A stretch of DNA of 64,000 nt from Pelagomonas calceolata (GCA_918797485.1 CAKKNE010000001.1:3906001-3970000), one strand, 5' to 3'; shown: positions 10,131 to 20,578, counted from the first letter of the stretch. Notes: generated by a model from the sequence alone, not told the origin. Program-made: numbers and translations.

Positions 10131-11775
10131 TTATTTCGCAGCAAAGGCGGCAGTGACCTCTTGCGTCGCGTGGCTCGCCGGTTTCGCCGAGGAGGGCGCT
10201 CCGACGTGCTGGTGGAACATGGCGCAGAATTCTTCAAATGATACGCTACCATCATGGTCGATATCGGCCATGTCGAACATCTGGGCCAGCGCTTTTTCCG
10301 CCGCGGCCTCATCGTCCCGAGGCAGCAAGTGGAGCCGGTGCATTATACTCGAAAACTCATCCCGATCGATGCTCCCGTTCCCGTCGGCGTCGAAGATGTC
10401 GAACGCGCGTCGCAGCGCCGCCGTCGAGGACGTGTAGATCGGGCCCATCGCGGAGCAGAACTCGTCAAAAGTGATTGCGCCTCTTGCGGACCCGTGCACC
10501 TCCTTGAACACGGCGAGGGCCTCCTCGCCGTGGCCGAGCGAGGCCATGACCCCGGCGAGCTCCGCGAAGGAGATCGTCCCGTTGCCTGCGCGGACGAAGC
10601 CTCACCAAACGCGTTGCGGTCTCCGGCAGGCACGCCGTCACCGCGATGATCCCCGGACGCGGCCAAATACCCTCGACGTCGAGCCCATCAAAAGCCTCCC
10701 TTAATTCCGCCCGCGCCTCGTCCGACAACGTTCCAGTGGCTGAGTGGTGCGCCGCGGCGACGGGCGCCGACGCGACCAAAGCCGCTGCTCTAATAGCGGC
10801 GGCCCACGTCCGCCGCGCTTGATTGAACGCGCGCAACCTTTCATTATTGCCGATCGGCTTTGAAGAGGCGCTCCCGGCGACCCACGGCGACGCCAACACA
10901 TCGTCCACGTCCCATCGGTCATCAGGCTTCACCGCCAGCAAATGACGAACAACGTCCTTGGCCTCCGGCGAGATCTTGGCCCAGGCCTCGTCGTGGAACT
11001 GCCACTTGCCCTGCTTTATGCGCGAGGCTAATATGGCGTCGGACGCGTCGCCCATGGGGTCAAAAGGATGATAGCCCCCCAGCAGCACGAACAGAATCAC
11101 ACCGAGCGCAAACAGGTCGCACCTGGCATCATAGGTCTTCTTCTTCGTGGCCAACAACATCTCGGGCGCGGCGTAGCCGGGAGTGCCCACCCGTTTATCT
11201 AATTTCTCACAGGGCGCCGCGGCGATGCCCAGATCACATAGTTTGACATCAGCATCATGCGCATCAGAAACCAGCAACAAGTTCTCCGGTTTTAAATCTC
11301 TATGAGCAATACCTCTCCCATGTAAGTGTTTGAGGGCTAGGGCGACTTGTTTGGCTACTAACGCAGCGTCTCTCTCGGAATAACAACCCTTCTCGCAGAT
11401 GCGCTCGAAGACCTCGCCGCCCGTCGCGAGTTCCAGGACTAAAGCTCTGGCGTCGGGCAGCTCCACCACGTCGATCAACGACACTAAGTTCGCGTGTTTG
11501 CCCGCGCGCTGCATCATCTCGATCTCCTTCGTACATAACTCCTCGTTCATGCGCGCCGTGTTAATGATCTTGCAGGCGTACGTTTCACCTCCCTTGGACG
11601 CTTTTCTTACGGTGGCGAAGGCGCCCTCGCCGAGCGTCGGGCCCAAGTCGTAAGCTCCAATCTTCTTCCGCGTCTCGTAGAAGCAGTTTGTATCATTAGT
11701 GACGAGTGTGCCCGTCGTCGCGGCGGCGGCGTATTTCGCTGCACTTGCGGCTCTCCGTACGGATGCGGCCCACAT
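10131..11775 (-). CDS. Calcium-dependent protein kinase (kinase plus EF-hands); intron 10586-10670
   Basis: GEGAFATV, HRDLKPENLL, DLG, GTPGYAAPE. Splicing restores EF-hand DVEGNGTISFAE; further EF-hands DADGNGSIDRDE and DIDHDGSVSFEE. Spliced length 1560 nt. Confidence 0.9.
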
Positions 11776-11964
11776 GCTCCGACAGGAACTGCTGGCTCTC
11801 AGAGTGCTGGGTGTGATACGGCTCTTGGAGGCGTCGGAACACTGCCAATTGCTCCTGAACTCGTATTGATGGAAGATCGTACGCAGCCCTATATTCCTGT
11901 GCGACACCCGGTGGCGCAGGAACGGCTGTAACGCAAGGCTGGAGCCGGCTCTCCCTGGGTTGGG

Positions 11965-11982
11965 CTAGTATGTGTTCGCTAG
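11965..11982. promoter_or_regulatory. CTAG-bounded promoter motif variant (CTAGTATGTGTTCGCTAG)
   Basis: 190 bp upstream of the CDPK ATG. Confidence 0.5.
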
Positions 11983-12002
11983 AAAAAAAAGGACATAGAA
12001 AC

Positions 12003-15000
12003 TTATCGTGTGGAGGCCACTTTCCGGACAGATCGGAGCTTGCGCATCCCCTTCGCCACCTTGACGGCGTGGCCCGTCTCCCGCCGCTTCTTCGCCTCGC
12101 GCGCGGCGTAGGGCACGACGGCCCGCTTCAGCGCGTCGACGCCGACGTTGACGCACCGCCCATACAGGTGCTCGAGGAACCAGCCCGCCGACCACGTCGT
12201 CCGGAACGTCGAGCCATTTAATTGCCAGTCGCGCGCGAAGACGACTTCTGCCTCCCTCGGGAGGAGCAGGCCCAGGACCTGGCTGACGAGCGTGTAGTTG
12301 CTCAGGTTTATCACTTTCCTTTTCATCGCTTCCGAGTCGTCGGCGGGTAATGCACCGATCTCCGCCAGGATCGCGGCTCGTTTCGCCGTCAATTCCCTCA
12401 CGATCTCATCGACGCGCATCCTTTTTGACGGCGACTCCTCCGGATCGACAAGGGCGGCCGCGGCCGCGTACCAGCATCCACTAATACACACCACAGGCCG
12501 ACCCTCCACTATCGTCGCCGTCGCAGTACCCTTCTTGCTCTCGAGCCCGATATCCCGCGCCCACCGCCCCAGCCGCCGTTTACACTTCTTCTCCCACTCG
12601 CCGAGGCCCTCGGCGAAGGTCCGGCCCTCCTGGTCGATCGTGCGCCGCCCCTCCAGGTTCCCTAATGGTAAACCAAAGGGCGCCAGCATGCCACTGTCGT
12701 CTTTATCATTCATACACAATGATAATTGTGTCGAACCCTGGCCCACGCCGACGATCCCCCCTGGTTCATTGCGAATTTGCGGGTGCAACGCCGCCGCGTA
12801 GCGCACGGCGACGCACTCGTAAAAACATTCATCGAGATCGGACACGCGCTGGAACCGCCACAACGGATTCTTCGCGTGGATCGCCTTGAGAAATTTCTCG
12901 GCCCGTTCTAAAGCAGCACCAGTCGCAGTCCGAAACCAGGCGCCCGTGGCCACGACGACCACAGGTCCGAGCGCTGCTCGCCTCGCTCGGCCGTCGACGA
13001 CCTCCTCGTGTACTTTCAAAAAGCGGAACTTGCCGCCGGTCGACGGCGCCTCGCATTCGAGGTTGACGCGCTCTCTACTACAATCGCCGGCGGGCTGCTC
13101 TGAGGAAACGATGCCGCCGCCCTCGGCGAGCACGAAGCCCTTACAAATACCCGCCTGTTCGCCCTTTGATCCTTTTACTACCTCCGTCACCAACGGCCCG
13201 TCCCACGTTATTCCTAATGACGCCCAGTCTCCAGTTAATTCACACGTATGCGACACCGCCGAGTCGAACCATTTCTCGAAGGCATCTAACCGAGTCCCGC
13301 CCTCCTGCAGGGCCTCCTTGAGGCTTTCCTTTCGCCGGTCGACCTCCCTTAAAGCAACACCACCATCGACAAAGGAGTACTCCAGGGCCTTGGCCTCGCC
13401 CGTGCCCACGTCGAAGACGACCACCAGACACGTGTCGTGCGTGTCGTCGCCATCATCCACCGCGCGCGCCGCCCTCGACTCCGTCAGCACTTCGCTCTTC
13501 TCGAGGCTATCAAAATCGCGCATGTTCTTGTGGAAGGAGCGGAAGTAGGCGTCGTCCCGGTTCGCGGCCGCCTTCATGAGCCTGTCGCGGATGCGCCAGC
13601 GGTCCCGCAGACAACTCCCCATGTGCCAGAGGCAACCCAGGAGCGTGAGGACCGTCCACACGTCCGACGCGCGGTCGTATACCGTCGCTCTCCAGCGGCG
13701 TTTGTCCCCTGGTACCGCGTACTGCTTTTTACCGTAGTCCCAAGTTTTCACGAGACCCCAGTCCATTCTGCGGTAGCACTGCTGGGACGCTAACACCCGC
13801 AACCAGACCTGGACGAAGAACATGAAGACCGTCACGTTGACCGTCTTTTCCGGGGGTGTTAAGAAACCAACCCGAGGCAGCAACCCCCCAATATAAGCTT
13901 GTTTGGCTGCGACCGTCAGCAGCATCGTCAAAATAGCTGTTAATCTGAAATGGATGTTGCAGGGGTCGATCCAATTTACGGACAACGAGAATAATTGCAA
14001 TAAATAAGTAGGCAACAAAACGTTGTAGAAGACACCAGTAGCGTCCCTTTCTACAATAATGAGCACAGAAGCATCATCATCCGGAAAACGACCATCTAAC
14101 CTGTTGAGGACCTCGAAGCCGCCCGCCACCCCATAAAGCAATTTAATATCATTGGAGGGCAGTAAATCGGCCTCCGCATCGACCGTGTGCGGCTCGTGCA
14201 GCGGCGGCCGCAAGCGCGCCCCGAAGGTGCAAGGGTTGTAGTTCGACATTTCCACCGGTGGACTTTCGAAGCGTAGTTCTAAACCTTGCGTGTCGAAGGG
14301 GAAATTCCGCATGTCAAAGGGCTGCATGAACTCAAAAATGTCCGTGATCTCGCAGCTGAAGTGGTGGGCCCGCCGCGTCGGGCCCATGCGACCGGCGTAC
14401 TGCCTTGCCGTCCTATGCACTTGGGCATTTCTTAATACATCGCCTCTAGATGCCCTACAAGTAGGCAACATGAGTTGGGGCTTGTAGTCCTTCCAGAAGT
14501 TTTCGTACGACGCGTAGCCTTTTTCGTCCACCAGCCATTCGACGGTTATGGTCAGTTGAGCGTTGAACTTTAAACGTTGCGTGTCCAGATCAAAAAGCTT
14601 CCTGACTCTCACTCGTAAGTGGAGATCAATAGAATAGGCGAAACCCGTAGCATCCGCCACGACCCGTACCGCACCGCCGGCCGGCGGCACGCGCCACTCG
14701 TTCCCCAGCTTCATCTGGTCCTCCAGCGACTGGTTCGCCTGGACGTCGATGTAGACCTCGTCGTCGTCCGTCTCGTCGTCCTCGTTCCTATGAATGTCCC
14801 AGGCCCCGTGCCCGCCCGTCAGCACGTTTTCATCAACCACCGCCGCGACGATGGCGCCGGCACCCAATGTCTTCGGGAACTTTTTCGCGACCTTTTTGAC
14901 GTTTCTACTGATACGCTGCGCTTCGTTATCCAGGCCTTCCTTGAGGCGCTGCGCCTCCGCATCTAAGACCTCCCTCGTTTGCTCCGTGGCCTGGGCGAGC

Positions 15001-15029
15001 TCCTCTCCTACTTGTCCTACTTGCTCCAT
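12003..15029 (-). CDS. Pentameric ligand-gated ion channel-like protein (Cys-less Pro-loop, 4 TM) fused to a divergent ASKHA (apyrase/Ppx-like) domain with PDZ-like insert
   Basis: FDMRNFPFDTQ loop, ERD..GVFYNVLLP (M1), M2-M4 and LPRVGFLT. C-terminal DVGTG, ATGAWFR, GVGQGSTQ, TWSAG. PDZ-like LGITW..PLVTEVVKGSKGEQAGICKG. Confidence 0.8.
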   Translation of the reverse strand: MEQVGQVGEELAQATEQTREVLDAEAQRLKEGLDNEAQRISRNVKKVAKKFPKTLGAGAIVAAVVDENVLTGGHGAWDIHRNEDDETDDDEVYIDVQANQSLEDQMKLGNEWRVPPAGGAVRVVADATGFAYSIDLHLRVRVRKLFDLDTQRLKFNAQLTITVEWLVDEKGYASYENFWKDYKPQLMLPTCRASRGDVLRNAQVHRTARQYAGRMGPTRRAHHFSCEITDIFEFMQPFDMRNFPFDTQGLELRFESPPVEMSNYNPCTFGARLRPPLHEPHTVDAEADLLPSNDIKLLYGVAGGFEVLNRLDGRFPDDDASVLIIVERDATGVFYNVLLPTYLLQLFSLSVNWIDPCNIHFRLTAILTMLLTVAAKQAYIGGLLPRVGFLTPPEKTVNVTVFMFFVQVWLRVLASQQCYRRMDWGLVKTWDYGKKQYAVPGDKRRWRATVYDRASDVWTVLTLLGCLWHMGSCLRDRWRIRDRLMKAAANRDDAYFRSFHKNMRDFDSLEKSEVLTESRAARAVDDGDDTHDTCLVVVFDVGTGEAKALEYSFVDGGVALREVDRRKESLKEALQEGGTRLDAFEKWFDSAVSHTCELTGDWASLGITWDGPLVTEVVKGSKGEQAGICKGFVLAEGGGIVSSEQPAGDCSRERVNLECEAPSTGGKFRFLKVHEEVVDGRARRAALGPVVVVATGAWFRTATGAALERAEKFLKAIHAKNPLWRFQRVSDLDECFYECVAVRYAAALHPQIRNEPGGIVGVGQGSTQLSLCMNDKDDSGMLAPFGLPLGNLEGRRTIDQEGRTFAEGLGEWEKKCKRRLGRWARDIGLESKKGTATATIVEGRPVVCISGCWYAAAAALVDPEESPSKRMRVDEIVRELTAKRAAILAEIGALPADDSEAMKRKVINLSNYTLVSQVLGLLLPREAEVVFARDWQLNGSTFRTTWSAGWFLEHLYGRCVNVGVDALKRAVVPYAAREAKKRRETGHAVKVAKGMRKLRSVRKVASTR

Positions 15030-15377
15030 GGTTTCTACTTTGTGTCCTTATTTGCTCTGCTGCTGCGATTTGCTTGTGTAGCCCCCTTATGCAGCCCCCG
15101 GTTTGGTGCTCAGTTTTGGTGCTCCTTTGCTGCGGGCCTGGGTGCTCGCACACGCCTTGCTTACGCTGCCCCCGGGTGCGCTGCGGGCCCGGGACGAGGA
15201 ATAAAGCTGCTCCGTTGCGTTTGCAGCCTCGCTCCCCGAGCAATGCGGCGCTGCGCTCCAGGAGTTGTGCGGCCTGCCGCTGCGCCAGCCAACCCCGACG
15301 CATGGGTCCGGCGCATGAATCCCGCCAGGCACTTCCGAGAGGTGCTTTGGCCTTGGATTGGTATCCTCCTTGCAGGG

Positions 15378-15397
15378 CTAGCGGATGGAGGCACTAG
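15378..15397. promoter_or_regulatory. CTAG-bounded promoter motif variant (CTAGCGGATGGAGGCACTAG); half-site GTAAGACACT at 15443-15452
   Basis: Divergent intergenic region 15029/15570. Confidence 0.5.
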
Positions 15398-15569
15398 AGC
15401 GCTCATTTTTGTCGATGCCATTTTGCATGTGCCAATAAGGTTGTAAGACACTCTGCATCAGGGTGCATACGTTCTCACTGTATTCGCATCGATCACGTGC
15501 GGAGCGCTGGCGAGAGTTTGACCCGGAATTAAAAAAGCAGCAGCAAGCTGTGCAGCCTGCAGTGCTGAA

Positions 15570-16667
15570 ATGGCGGCCCTCACCCAACGCGACGACGCCT
15601 GGGCCTGGTGGAATCAGCTAGGAAACCCGCAAAAAGTCCTGGCGCCCATGGTCGGCGCCTCCGAGCGGGCCTTCCGCATGCTCTGTCGGAGGCACGGCTG
15701 CGATTTAGCTGTCACTCCTATGATTCACGCGCGGCTGTTCGGCGAGTGCGACAAGTTGCGGAGGGACGTGTTGAGGGATCTGGAAGGGTCTGTCGAGGCG
15801 GGGGACCGGCCGCTACTCGCGCAGCTGTGCGGAGACGACAAAGACGTTTTACTGGATTGTGCCAGCGTATGCCAGCATTATGTCGATGGGATTGACTTGA
15901 ATTTGGGATGTCCGCAGGGCATTGCGAAACGGGGCCACTACGGCGCGTTTCTGCTGGAGGAGCCCGATTTGGTGTGTGGTATCGTCGAGCACTTGTCTTC
16001 AAATCTCGAAGTTCCCGTGACCTGCAAGATCAGAATCGTGGACAAAGATAATATAGATGTCACCATACGACTCGCGAAACGTTTGGTAGAAGCGGGCGCA
16101 TCTCTGATAACAATTCATGGTCGGACGAAGGAAATGAAGGGTCAATCAGTCGGAAGTGTGAACTGGAGTCAGATTTCTACCGTTATTGAGGCGTTGGATG
16201 GTTGTGTGCCGACGCTGGCGAACGGGGGCATCGAGGTGTTTGAGGACTTATCGCGAGCGACTTGTGAAACGGGAGCGTGCGGTGCCATGACCTCCGAGGC
16301 GGCCTTGGAAGATCCGAGCGTCTTCGACGGGTCGTGTGAGGACGGCCTTTGCTTGGCTGAAGATTATTTGGGGCTCTGCGACCAGCATCCTCCGTTACTC
16401 AAATTCGCGTGCGGGCACGTGCACAAATTGCTGTTTAGATATTTACAAGCGCCGGGCGGCGAGGCGTTCCGCGCGCGGGTGGGGAGTGCGAACTCAATTG
16501 AGGAGCTTTCGGACGTCGTCGCGGCCGTGCGAGAGGCGAACATCGCAAGGAACGAGAGCACGTGGTACCGGCGGCACCGGACCGCGGCCGTGAAGCGGGT
16601 CGAGAAGGTCGCCGTGGACGTCATGGCGGAGGGTGACGACGTCATGGGGGGGCTCTTCGGGGATTAA
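15570..16667 (+). CDS. DUS1: tRNA-dihydrouridine synthase (DUS1-like)
   Basis: LAPMVG, DRPLLAQLCG, IDLNLGCPQGIAKRGHYGAFL, VTCKIR, TIHGRT, ANGGI. Confidence 0.92.
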   Translation: MAALTQRDDAWAWWNQLGNPQKVLAPMVGASERAFRMLCRRHGCDLAVTPMIHARLFGECDKLRRDVLRDLEGSVEAGDRPLLAQLCGDDKDVLLDCASVCQHYVDGIDLNLGCPQGIAKRGHYGAFLLEEPDLVCGIVEHLSSNLEVPVTCKIRIVDKDNIDVTIRLAKRLVEAGASLITIHGRTKEMKGQSVGSVNWSQISTVIEALDGCVPTLANGGIEVFEDLSRATCETGACGAMTSEAALEDPSVFDGSCEDGLCLAEDYLGLCDQHPPLLKFACGHVHKLLFRYLQAPGGEAFRARVGSANSIEELSDVVAAVREANIARNESTWYRRHRTAAVKRVEKVAVDVMAEGDDVMGGLFGD

Positions 16668-16678
16668 ATATATGTGTG

Positions 16679-17089
16679 TTACTTCCGCCGCCTCACCAGT
16701 CTCTTGAGCAAAGTCTCGACGCCCGGCGGCGGCTTGCGCGCCTGGACGGTCTTCCGGTGCTCCTCGATGAGCCGCGGCATGTCGCGCAGGCGCGCCTCCA
16801 CGTTGCGGAAGCGCTCCGCGCGCGTCCTATCGCGTTTGTGGCCCTTGGGCGGGATGAGCACGCGCGGCGCCCGGACGGGGTCCCACTCGCGCAGCCAGCC
16901 GCCCTTCGCGGGGTCGAACGTACCAAAAGTACCATCTCGAAGCGCCTGCTTCCGCGCGACGGCGGCCTCGCGCCGCGAGACGAGCGGCCGGCGCCAGGGG
17001 TTGACCTGGCCCGGCGCCGTCGGGACTTTGCGCGGTTTTAGGGCTGCGGCGCCGTGTTGCGCGAGCTTTTTTATCACGCCCTGGGACAT
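16679..17089 (-). CDS. Mitochondrial ribosomal protein mL59 (MRPL25)-like
   Basis: WRRPLVSRREAAVARK...PKGHKRDR....R...V...L.DMP..IEEHRK pattern; small basic protein. Confidence 0.75.
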   Translation of the reverse strand: MSQGVIKKLAQHGAAALKPRKVPTAPGQVNPWRRPLVSRREAAVARKQALRDGTFGTFDPAKGGWLREWDPVRAPRVLIPPKGHKRDRTRAERFRNVEARLRDMPRLIEEHRKTVQARKPPPGVETLLKRLVRRRK

Positions 17090-17260
17090 GTTTACAGCTT
17101 CTCGCTTGCTGCAGGTGGCTGAGTGTGGTAGGACTAGAATGCCTCCCGCAGCGCGCACGGCTCACGCGTCACTTTCAGGTCGTATCGCTGCTTCTGTGCG
17201 ATGCTCGCCCTACCAGTTTGCAGCGCCAATCAAGAGATTCGCGTACGCGACACTACGCAG

Positions 17261-17282
17261 CTAGCGATACTACACATACTAG
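17261..17282. promoter_or_regulatory. CTAG-bounded promoter motif variant (CTAGCGATACTACACATACTAG)
   Basis: Midway between divergent ATGs 17089 and 17448. Confidence 0.6.
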
Positions 17283-17447
17283 AAAGCCTGCAAGCAGCTC
17301 CTTTGGTCGCATTACTCGAAGCAGACGCAGTTCAAAGTTGTGTTAACCCCGCATCGCTGCTTTATCTCCACCAGGAGACAGTGAGCGAAGTCCGCGACGC
17401 GTGGCACCCGCTGCCTGCCGAGTAAGCCAAGCTGCACTGCATAAAGG

Positions 17448-18647
17448 ATGGCACAGCAACCCCCACCAACCTACGTCTTCACGGGCGACCGTCGGAGAAT
17501 CGAGCCCTACGTCTACGCCTACACCATGCACTGCAAGGGCCGCTGGTGCGGCCGGCGGCCCGACGAGGTCTTCGGGACCGAGTTCAAGATGAACCCTCCG
17601 GCCTACTACGAGGAAGCTCTACGGGATGGGCGCATCACCGTCAACGACGCGCTGTGGGACGGGCAGTCGACGCTGCAGCAGGGGGATGTGATTCGGCACC
17701 TCGCGCACCGCCACGAGCCGCCCGTGCCGAAAGGGCCGATCCGCGTCGTCGGCCTCACGGAAAACGCTTTAGCGGTGGACAAGCCGCCCGGCCTGCCCAT
17801 GCACCCGTGCGGGAGCTACCACCACAACACGCTGACCTCTTTACTAAGGGAGGACTTCACTACCAGATCTTTCGTCTGCGCCGATGGTGTCGACTGGGCG
17901 GAGGCGCAGCGAGCCGCCCGCCAAGGTCTCAGGCAGGTGCACCGCTTGGATCGGTTGACGTCGGGTCTCGTGATCTTCGCGCGGTCCGCATCCGCGGCTC
18001 GGACGCTCTGCGAGGACATCGGCCAGGGCCGCACGCAGAAGACTTATATAGCACGCGTCCGCGGTTGTTTTCCCGACGACGCGCCGGTCCTGAGGCCGGA
18101 GAAGCGGCCGCGCAACGCCGAGCTCGCCGACGGCTCGTGGCGCATTGACGGCGACTGGGTCGAGGTGTCCTGTTCATTACGGACGGCGTCGCACCGCGAC
18201 GGCGTCTGCGAGTGCGCGCCCGACGCCGAGGACGCGAAGGCGGCGCGGACGAAGTTCCGGCTCGTGCGCAAGTTGAGTGATGGGACATCAATTGTGGAAT
18301 GTAGGCCGCAGACGGGGCGCACGCACCAGATCCGGCTGCACCTCCAGTTCCTGAACCACCCCATCGCGAACGACCCCTGCTACGGCGGCGAGCTGGGCTT
18401 TGCCGGGAGTTCTTTGGTGGACGACGCGCCGCCGTCGTCCTCAGAGGTATTAGACCCGACCGGCCCGCGGCGGCCGGGCGAGTCCGACGCGGACTTCGTG
18501 CGGCGCAAGTGCGCGCGCTGCGCCTCGAAGCTGGACGTCATAGATGCGTCCGAGGAGCGTGCCTCATGCGTCTTCCTCCACGCGCGGTCCTACGCGGGGC
18601 CGGGCTGGGCCTTTGCGACGGTCGAGCCGGCCTGGGCGGCCGAGTAG
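17448..18647 (+). CDS. RluA-family pseudouridine synthase (RPUSD2/Pus8-9-like)
   Basis: HRHEPPV, VDKPPGLPMHP, HRLDRLTSG, TGRTHQIRLHL, PIANDP.Y. Confidence 0.93.
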   Translation: MAQQPPPTYVFTGDRRRIEPYVYAYTMHCKGRWCGRRPDEVFGTEFKMNPPAYYEEALRDGRITVNDALWDGQSTLQQGDVIRHLAHRHEPPVPKGPIRVVGLTENALAVDKPPGLPMHPCGSYHHNTLTSLLREDFTTRSFVCADGVDWAEAQRAARQGLRQVHRLDRLTSGLVIFARSASAARTLCEDIGQGRTQKTYIARVRGCFPDDAPVLRPEKRPRNAELADGSWRIDGDWVEVSCSLRTASHRDGVCECAPDAEDAKAARTKFRLVRKLSDGTSIVECRPQTGRTHQIRLHLQFLNHPIANDPCYGGELGFAGSSLVDDAPPSSSEVLDPTGPRRPGESDADFVRRKCARCASKLDVIDASEERASCVFLHARSYAGPGWAFATVEPAWAAE

Positions 18648-18862
18648 TAGGTGTCCCTGTGGTGTGTGTGTAACTTGTCTCGTTTCGTCGCACGACTCCT
18701 CGGGGCTAGCGGGATCTCACATGATCTCACATGACACCGGCGTTCTGCCGCGCGGCGCAGCGCGCCCAGCCAAAAATAGGTCCGGGGCCGCGGGGCAGCC
18801 GGACATGTCGTTGTTCGTCCATAAATAGAGTTATGGCAGCAGCGCCGGGCCACTAAATCAAC

Positions 18863-20488
18863 ATGAAGATGCTTTGGCTGGTGGTGCTGTGGTGCCCAGC
18901 GGCAGCAGAGATGAGGCGTCGGCTCTGTCATGCTGGCGGAGTCGACCGGGCTGATTGTGCAAACTGCATGAGCTATTGCGGTGTCTGCGCCCCAGAGTGC
19001 GGGACACCCGCGCCGACGGCAACACCCGGACCGACACCGGACGGATGCGCGATGTACGTAGCTGGTCCCGTCGTTGCGTACAGCGGTAACAAGGTGGCGA
19101 CCGTCGATTCGCTCCAGAACTACGAGCTCACGTTCACGATGGAGCTGGCGAGCGACTGGAGCATCACGAACAAGTTTCAGTCAGTCCTTCATATCGGCAG
19201 TGCGGATCAGGACCGCTTCCCTAATATACTGTTTAACCCTTCGCAATATGGTTCAGGTTTGCATGTGGCGCAGTCATACGGCGACTGCTCCCCTAGCTTC
19301 TGCCAGTGGTACCTTGGAACAGGAAGCTTCGCTGCAGCAGGCGGAACCTACGAGATCAAAGTGGTCGTCGAGAATAACCAGATGACGGTGTACATCGACG
19401 GCGTGAACCGCGGCTCCAAGTCGGGGAGCGCGACTTATGCTGCGGCAAACGCGGCGGTCTACGTCGGGGATCCGTGGTACGACGCGGCCGCAGTGACGCT
19501 CTCTCACATCTGTTTGAAGGAGATTGTATACCCGTCGCCCGCGCCGGTGATCGTGTACGTCGACCGGGAGATGTCTTGGGAGGACGCGCGCGCGCACTGC
19601 CGCGCGAACCACCACGACCTCGCGTCGATCCACAGCGCTAGCGAGAATGCGGAAGTCGATGCGCTTTGTCCTGGTCGGTGCTGGATCGGAGGGTCCGATG
19701 AGGCCCGGGAGGGCACGTGGACGTGGTCGGACGGCACCGCGTGGGACTACACGAACTGGTATCCCGGTGAGCCCAATGATGCTGGTAGTGGTCAAGATTT
19801 TCTACATATATATGGAATGTGGGAGGGCCGTTGGGACGACACGTATGAACATTTGTTGCAACCATTCGTGTGCAGTACAAGGTCTCGTGGCACCGACGAA
19901 GAAGACGACGACGACGACTCGGACGGCGACGACTCAGACGGCGACGACTCGGACGGCGATGCACTCGTTGTGATCCTGTGCGTCATCGGCGCCTTCTTTG
20001 GCGGTGCCGTCTTTGTCGGTGCAACCGTGAACAAGTGCGCCGCCAAGAGCGCAAAGGTCGCGGCGACGACGGGCGCCGCGGCGGTTCCCAACGCTGCGAC
20101 CGACGACGGCGACATGATCACCGTCGAGGCGCCCCCCGGGACGCTGGGCCTCAAGCTTGACGGGACGTCCACGAGAGTCAAAGAGGTCTTTTCCGACTCG
20201 CCTTTGGTGGGAAAGGTCTACCCCGGCGACGTTCTAAAGAGCGTCGACGGAGTCGTTGTTACCGGCGGCAAATGCTTAACCAACGCGGTCGCCGCGGCCG
20301 ACGACGGCACGAACCCGCGAACGCTCGTGTTTCTGCGAAAACAACAGCCCGCGCCGCCCATGCGCCCAGCGACCATCGTCCGCATGGGCACCGTGGAAGC
20401 GATCCACGCCTCCGACGCTTCCGCAGCGCCTCCGGTGCAGGCGACGCTCGTCCCCCACGCCACCGTTCTCTCGGTCCAACAACACTGA
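18863..20488 (+). CDS. Single-pass receptor: signal peptide, ConA/LamG-like domain, C-type lectin, TM helix, cytoplasmic PDZ
   Basis: MSWEDARAHC, LASIHS..EN, WIGG, W.WSDG, NWYPGEPND (lectin); TM LVVILCVIGAFFGGAVFVG; APPGTLGLKL...VKEV..DSPL.GKV.PGD.L.SVDG (PDZ). Confidence 0.85.
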   Translation: MKMLWLVVLWCPAAAEMRRRLCHAGGVDRADCANCMSYCGVCAPECGTPAPTATPGPTPDGCAMYVAGPVVAYSGNKVATVDSLQNYELTFTMELASDWSITNKFQSVLHIGSADQDRFPNILFNPSQYGSGLHVAQSYGDCSPSFCQWYLGTGSFAAAGGTYEIKVVVENNQMTVYIDGVNRGSKSGSATYAAANAAVYVGDPWYDAAAVTLSHICLKEIVYPSPAPVIVYVDREMSWEDARAHCRANHHDLASIHSASENAEVDALCPGRCWIGGSDEAREGTWTWSDGTAWDYTNWYPGEPNDAGSGQDFLHIYGMWEGRWDDTYEHLLQPFVCSTRSRGTDEEDDDDDSDGDDSDGDDSDGDALVVILCVIGAFFGGAVFVGATVNKCAAKSAKVAATTGAAAVPNAATDDGDMITVEAPPGTLGLKLDGTSTRVKEVFSDSPLVGKVYPGDVLKSVDGVVVTGGKCLTNAVAAADDGTNPRTLVFLRKQQPAPPMRPATIVRMGTVEAIHASDASAAPPVQATLVPHATVLSVQQH

Positions 20489-20578
20489 CTCTTTCCCTGA
20501 TCTTCCGCTTCCACCGAATCTACTCTCCACTACCTTAATTTTAAGCTTGAAATTAGTCTTCGTTTCGTCGGGGCTCGG

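Noticed and set aside
10343..10670. Apparent frameshift or pseudogene in the CDPK, and similarly at 52680-52980 in the SNF2 gene
   Set aside because: Explained by canonical GT-AG introns that restore conserved motifs.
19904..19960. GAC-rich 15-bp tandem repeat
   Set aside because: Coding low-complexity acidic stalk (DSDGD)n.
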